32,000 nt of DNA from Nitrosomonas europaea (GTDB taxonomy: Bacteria; Pseudomonadota; Gammaproteobacteria; Burkholderiales; Nitrosomonadaceae), in the NCBI RefSeq assembly GCF_900167395.1, contig NZ_FUWK01000002.1:126797-158796 (forward strand), written 5' to 3'. Position numbers and translations under genes: made by a program. The notes beneath the pieces were generated by a model that had not been told where the DNA came from, ran no database searches, and worked only from the letters and a program-made list of their open reading frames with translations. Shown piece by piece: positions 27,720 through 32,000 of the stretch (the stretch's first letter is position 1; each line of letters starts with the position of its first letter).

Positions 27720-30458
27720 ATGAGATCCAACACTTTTATACAATTTGCAGCAACGCTGGTTGCATTCGTTGCTGCCTGCCTGTTTCCCGCCTGGTCGATG
27801 GCAGCAACCCACAACGTCGTACTATCGGCTGAAACCTTGCCAAACGGCCAGCCCGCCTATAAATTGCTCAGCCATACCAGCAGTAACGGTACCGTACCAG
27901 GCTATGCAACCGAGGCCACTATTCCCGGCCCTACGCTGTTCATCAAAACAGGGGATAAAATCAATGTTCAACTCACCAACAATACTCAGTCCCCGGTCAG
28001 TTTCACTGCCCCCGGTCTTTCAACGGGCAATAGCGCTCTGGCTGCTCCGGGGCAAACAAAAAGCTACCGGCTGAATGCCAGAAAAGCCGGTACTTTTGCT
28101 TACCATGATGAGAAAGCGCCGATGCTGGGCTTATTCGGTGCGATCGTGGTCGATGAATCGAACGGTCATGTTCAGAGCTATGTGGATGGTGATGGCACTA
28201 TCGTTTCCACCAAACGCTCTCAACTGAGCAAGGAATTCGTGCTGTTCATGGTCGGCTCCACTTTCTGGGGAGCCGAGATCAGTCGTAATGGCAATCAGCA
28301 GCCTCTGTGGGCCAATCCTGATCTGGGTGCCTATCAGGATGATCTCCTCCGATTCCACGTACTGGCAGTAGGCCCGGGACATACTTTCCATCTGCATGCA
28401 CACCGCTGGATCGAACCCGGCAGTAGTCAGAAGACCCCCCATATCATCGATACCCATATCCTGGATGACCTGAACAACAGCCATGTCTTCACCATCAAGG
28501 CTGGAACCGGTGTCGGCCCGGGTGTCTGGCAACTTCACTGCCATCTGATATCGCACATGCAATCCGGGATGAACAGCCGCATTCATGTGGTTGCCCGTGA
28601 CTCAGGACAGTCTGCAGACAGTATCGTTGGTGCATCTCCCAGCGGAGCCATTTTTCTCAATGATAGCGATCAGCCCGGACTGGTCACATTTATCGTAAGT
28701 GATGAACCTGCCGGCTGGTTCAGAAGTGCCCGCGGAGACGCACTGAGCCCGGTCACGCATACGAAATCACTGGAAATCATCCCTCCGGGCAGCAGCGTTC
28801 ACTTCGTCATGTCGGATACTGCAGGTGTGCACACCATCACCAGTCTGTTGTGGCCAAGCGAAGCCGGACATAACGACCATGGCGGTGATCATTTCATGAT
28901 TCCATTCGATGAAACCAAGGCTTACCGGGGTGGCGCCATCCTCAAACTCAACGTACCTGGTCTGTATGTGTTCACCTGCAAGATCCATCCCTTCATGTTT
29001 GCCGCTGTGATTGTCGATGATCCGGCAACAGACGGTCTGGATCTGGGCAACACCATCGATCTGATTTCAGGGGTCAAAAATTTACCGACCAGCAGTGATC
29101 TCGCCACACGTTTGCTGCATACCTTCTTTGTGACAACCGTACCAAAGAACTGGCAGGACTTTACTTCTCCCAATCCGTGGAAGATCGCTTATCCGGATGT
29201 GGATGTCGTCGTGGATATCGGTAAAGTTTCACTGCCAGCTGTGTTGAATGCGCGTTATGGTAACGATATCAGCCTGTCACCCTTACCTCGCCCGGCAGTA
29301 CCGGGCATAGGTGAGGTCTGGGTCGATACCCAGTTCGAGAAAACTGCCGGCAAAACCAAACCAGGTACCATCACTGTAGTTGACACCAGTAACTGGACGC
29401 TCAAGCGAAAAATTGCCCTGCCACAAATCAATATGAACAATCCGCACAACATGTGGCCTAATCGCGATCATTCGATTGTCTATACCACTCAGTGGTTCGA
29501 CAACAAACTGACCGCGATCAAACAGAAAACGGGCAAACTGGCCAGTAACGTCCAGGTGGGTGATTCACCTTCTCATGTCATGACACTACCCAACACGGAT
29601 GATATTACCGTGGCCATCAACGGTGAGAATGACATCGTTATCATTCCGGCCGGCACGACCAAGGTGAACTATGCCTTACTGACACAGAGTCATGGACAGG
29701 CACCTGGCAATCCGCACGGTCACTGGATTTCAGCAGACGGCAAACGCATCATCACACCCAATATCAATACTCATGATGCAGGTTTCTATGATGTCGAGGA
29801 TGGCAAAATCGTTGCCAGGACGGCTACCGGTGAAGGACAACCAGGCGCGCATCCGATTGCAATCGGTATGCTGCCGGATTCCAGCAAGGTATACGCGGCC
29901 AACTTACTGCATCACAGCGTCAGTGTCATGGATGGGGACGGCAACTTCATCAAAAACATCAATCTGATCGAGCATTACGATCCGATTTCCGGTGCAATCA
30001 ACGGGCCAATCGGAATATTGCCGATCCAGTCACCAGTATCACCTGATGGCAAAGTCATGGTAACGGCTTCTTATGGGGGTCAGATTGTCGTGATCGATAC
30101 GAGAACGGACAGCATCGTCAAGTCATTGCCGTGCGATCCCGGTTGCCATGGGGCCAATTTCGGAGCCAAAAAAGGTGGAGGATACTACGCCTATATCACC
30201 AACAAATTCTCCAATCGGCTGATCGTAGTCGATCCGGATCCAAACGGTGATGGTGATCTGAGTGATGCTGAAATTGCCGGTGCCGTTACACTTGTGGCTG
30301 ATAGTAGGGTACCTAAGGACGACAAGATCAGCAGTCTGGCGGGTTTTGGCGGCCAGGGAATAGTGGCGTTACCCAACGTCTATAACGGCTGGGTACAAAA
30401 TCTCAACTCTCAATGGTCAGCCGGTCTCACTGATCAGCAACGTAATCCGGTTCAGTAA
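27720..30458 (+). CDS. Secreted multidomain copper protein made of a two-domain MCO module, an amicyanin-like type-1 cupredoxin, and a YVTN-type beta-propeller. In the MCO module the domain-1 ligands are lost and the domain-2 ligands are intact.
   Basis: Signal peptide MRSNTFIQFAATLVAFVAACLFPAWSMA. HTFHLHAHRW (28380-) and HCHLISHMQSGM (28536-) are present, but VSFTAPG and FAYHDE replace HxHG and YHDH. The cupredoxin has GVHTITS...YVFTCKIHPFMFAAVIV (CxxHxxM, cf. amicyanin CTPHPFM). Six to seven repeats follow the pattern G.PH....s.DG..vy..n...n.v.viD. Confidence 0.75.
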   Translation: MRSNTFIQFAATLVAFVAACLFPAWSMAATHNVVLSAETLPNGQPAYKLLSHTSSNGTVPGYATEATIPGPTLFIKTGDKINVQLTNNTQSPVSFTAPGLSTGNSALAAPGQTKSYRLNARKAGTFAYHDEKAPMLGLFGAIVVDESNGHVQSYVDGDGTIVSTKRSQLSKEFVLFMVGSTFWGAEISRNGNQQPLWANPDLGAYQDDLLRFHVLAVGPGHTFHLHAHRWIEPGSSQKTPHIIDTHILDDLNNSHVFTIKAGTGVGPGVWQLHCHLISHMQSGMNSRIHVVARDSGQSADSIVGASPSGAIFLNDSDQPGLVTFIVSDEPAGWFRSARGDALSPVTHTKSLEIIPPGSSVHFVMSDTAGVHTITSLLWPSEAGHNDHGGDHFMIPFDETKAYRGGAILKLNVPGLYVFTCKIHPFMFAAVIVDDPATDGLDLGNTIDLISGVKNLPTSSDLATRLLHTFFVTTVPKNWQDFTSPNPWKIAYPDVDVVVDIGKVSLPAVLNARYGNDISLSPLPRPAVPGIGEVWVDTQFEKTAGKTKPGTITVVDTSNWTLKRKIALPQINMNNPHNMWPNRDHSIVYTTQWFDNKLTAIKQKTGKLASNVQVGDSPSHVMTLPNTDDITVAINGENDIVIIPAGTTKVNYALLTQSHGQAPGNPHGHWISADGKRIITPNINTHDAGFYDVEDGKIVARTATGEGQPGAHPIAIGMLPDSSKVYAANLLHHSVSVMDGDGNFIKNINLIEHYDPISGAINGPIGILPIQSPVSPDGKVMVTASYGGQIVVIDTRTDSIVKSLPCDPGCHGANFGAKKGGGYYAYITNKFSNRLIVVDPDPNGDGDLSDAEIAGAVTLVADSRVPKDDKISSLAGFGGQGIVALPNVYNGWVQNLNSQWSAGLTDQQRNPVQ

Positions 30459-30560
30459 CCCTCTGATGAACTGAGCACTACAGGCCGGGAGCAAGTAGCA
30501 CACTCCCGACCTGTCTCACACTGTAACTTCCCTTCTTACAGATCAAAGCACTCCCGCTAA

Positions 30561-30596
30561 CTAAACAACCACCGGCTAAAGCCGGTGATTGTTTAG
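30561..30596. terminator. Strong hairpin between convergent genes (16-bp stem with one mismatch, 4-nt loop), overlapping the last codons of the PepSY gene
   Basis: CTAAACAACCACCGGC-TAAA-GCCGGTGATTGTTTAG. There is no clear U-tract on either strand, so it may be a Rho-independent terminator variant or an RNA-stability element. Confidence 0.4.
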
Positions 30597-31688
30597 TCGC
30601 CGTACGGACGTAGCATTTCTCTTATGCAGCCAACGAATCACCCCAGTCACAAACAGTACAGGGCAGGCTAACCCTGTCAAAAACACCAATATACGCCCCG
30701 TCATGCCAAACCCTTGGCCAGAATGCAAAGGCCATTGCCAATGCGTGAATACTTCGCCCGCCGTAGCATTTGGAAGAGCAGGATCATCAACATCAAGCAC
30801 CTTGCCGGAATAACGATCCATGACAACGCATACCCGTTGCAACCAGCTTCCAGGACGGTCGACATCATCCTTGCACACAGTGTAAGTCGCCGTTTGTTCG
30901 GTAGCACCATAAGCACCGTAAATCCAGTGCGGACGGCCCTTTGGATAAAGCTGACCGGCGCGTGCGATGGCTTCGGCCATACTGATCGACTGTTTTCCCG
31001 GCACGGGCGTGGAACGAAACCAATAGCGGTAAGTTACTGGAGAAAACACTTCCAATACCGGCACTACGTTGTGTGGCAAGACCATGTAAATACCGGAAAA
31101 CAATACCGGCAGTAAAATCAATGTACTGTAAAAACCAGCTGTTTTGTGCAAATCATAATTCAACCGTTCACCACTGGCCTTGCGCTTGATCATTAAAGCC
31201 TGTTGCCACTTTCCGGTCAACGGCCACCAGACAATCAAGCCAGTCAGCACTGAAATAATCAACAAAGCAGCGGAAAGGCCGACTATTACGGTGCTCAACT
31301 CCCCCTCTATCAATAAGGCATAATGCAATTCGAATACAAAACCGATAAAAGTAAGGGTAAATAAGCTGTCAGAGGTTTTCATCAGACGCTTGCCAAGAAC
31401 TTTTAAAGAATAGGGATCAACATAAACCTGCCAGCTTTCGGTTTTTCCGCCAATGGATGACACCGAATAATTCAACCGAAAAGCAGCATTGTCGTTGCGG
31501 GGATAAGTTGCAAAAGTATGCTTGGCACCTTCCGGTACAGCGGATGTACCGATCTCAAAAATATCAGCTAACGGTTTGTACACTGCACCGCCTGTTGGTC
31601 GAACGACGGTTAGCAGCTTGGGGTTCAAAAGCTCATCGATTTCGGCATGAAAGACCAGAATACTGCCCGTGACACCGTAGATCGCCAA
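30576..31688 (-). CDS. PepSY-associated TM-helix (PiuB-like) membrane protein, apparently 5'-truncated by the adjacent IS
   Basis: The layout matches this family as I recall it (TGSILVFHAEIDELLNP, four TM helices, C-terminal WQWPLHSGQGFGMTGRILVFLTGLACPVLFVTGVIRW). The ORF begins at a TTG in the middle of TM1 with no ATG or RBS. Transposase sequence starts 9 nt upstream. Confidence 0.6.
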   Translation of the reverse strand: MAIYGVTGSILVFHAEIDELLNPKLLTVVRPTGGAVYKPLADIFEIGTSAVPEGAKHTFATYPRNDNAAFRLNYSVSSIGGKTESWQVYVDPYSLKVLGKRLMKTSDSLFTLTFIGFVFELHYALLIEGELSTVIVGLSAALLIISVLTGLIVWWPLTGKWQQALMIKRKASGERLNYDLHKTAGFYSTLILLPVLFSGIYMVLPHNVVPVLEVFSPVTYRYWFRSTPVPGKQSISMAEAIARAGQLYPKGRPHWIYGAYGATEQTATYTVCKDDVDRPGSWLQRVCVVMDRYSGKVLDVDDPALPNATAGEVFTHWQWPLHSGQGFGMTGRILVFLTGLACPVLFVTGVIRWLHKRNATSVRRLNNHRL

Positions 31689-31689
31689 T

Positions 31690-32000
31690 AAAAACCCTAG
31701 GTGTTTAGTCCCACTTTGTGATGGTATGGATTGATGATAAAACGTTCAGGTTCGTTTTGCCAGCATTTGATGATGTATTCGTAAGGTGTGAGTCCTCGTA
31801 AGGTTTTGAGTCGCCTGGCGAAGTTGTAGGCATTCAGGAAGCTGTAAAGATGCTCTCGCAACTGTTGATGATTTTCATAATGATAGCGTTTGACGGTTGC
31901 TTCCTTGAGGGTGCGGTTCATGCGTTCGACTTGACCATTGGTCCAGGGGTGATTTGGCTGGGTCAGGCGATGTTCCGTACCATTTTCCAGGCAGACACGG
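31690..32000 (-). mobile_element. Partial insertion sequence (IS481-like). The end lies next to the truncated PepSY gene and its exact terminus is not resolved.
   Basis: The transposase stop (TAG, 31697-31699) lies within about 10 nt of where PepSY homology begins. The inverted repeat cannot be defined because the other end is outside the window. Confidence 0.6.
31697..32000 (-). CDS. IS481-family (DDE/rve) transposase, C-terminal part; the gene continues beyond the window
   Basis: The minus frame is open to the window edge: ...HRLTQPNHPWTNGQVERMNRTLKEATVKRYHYENHQQLREHLYSFLNAYNFARRLKTLRGLTPYEYI.... The TNGQVER(M/F)NRTLK block contains the catalytic E of the rve fold. Confidence 0.8.
   Translation of the reverse strand, partial: RVCLENGTEHRLTQPNHPWTNGQVERMNRTLKEATVKRYHYENHQQLREHLYSFLNAYNFARRLKTLRGLTPYEYIIKCWQNEPERFIINPYHHKVGLNT

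Noticed and set aside
27713-27720. An A8 homopolymer between the RBS and the ATG of the large copper gene, considered as a possible slipped-strand phase-variation tract
   Set aside because: Eight bases is short for phase variation and the tract is not within coding sequence. It is more likely just an A-rich spacer.
30485-30510. A short hairpin (CGGGAG-N11-CTCCCG) downstream of the copper gene
   Set aside because: The stem is only 6 bp with a large loop and no U-tract. The stronger hairpin at 30561-30596 is reported instead.
1-32000. A search for CRISPR arrays, tRNA or rRNA genes and riboswitch-like leaders
   Set aside because: I found no regularly spaced direct repeats, no tRNA T-arm or acceptor-like signatures, and no rRNA-like segments by eye. 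Apart from 25898-26658, the intergenic regions are too short.

Overview
This looks like a proteobacterial chromosomal window, probably beta- or gamma-proteobacterial. I cannot verify the taxon without a search. About 50% GC, densely coding, no rRNA, tRNA or CRISPR seen.

Layout from left to right:
- 3' end of ppc.
- An orphan Wzz/PCP-like membrane protein with a degenerate integrase-like C-terminal domain.
- A translationally coupled DUF2868 membrane protein and DUF3482-type GTPase pair.
- A class-I glutamine amidotransferase and rpoH.
- A ~12.3 kb same-strand sulfur block: alginate-export-type porin, sbp, DUF2325, two tandem degenerate EAL paralogs, cysT, cysW, cysA, cysE, a family 2A encapsulin shell gene, an N-terminally extended SufS-type cysteine desulfurase (predicted cargo), and cysB.
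- A ~95 bp duplication of the cysB 3' end that brackets a ~1.1 kb insert. The insert carries a DUF2490-like outer-membrane gene and an HTH remnant.
- DUF4389, an M17 aminopeptidase, thyA-folA, and a REC-EAL response regulator.
- A 760 bp poorly coding spacer with a BTAD gene remnant.
- Two paralogous multicopper-oxidase-like genes with reciprocally lost copper-ligand motifs. The second is fused to an amicyanin-like cupredoxin and a His-lined beta-propeller.
- A PepSY-TM gene that appears 5'-truncated by an IS481-family element running off the window.

The most interesting items are the encapsulated desulfurase module wired into the CysB/sulfate locus, and the split-ligand copper protein pair.
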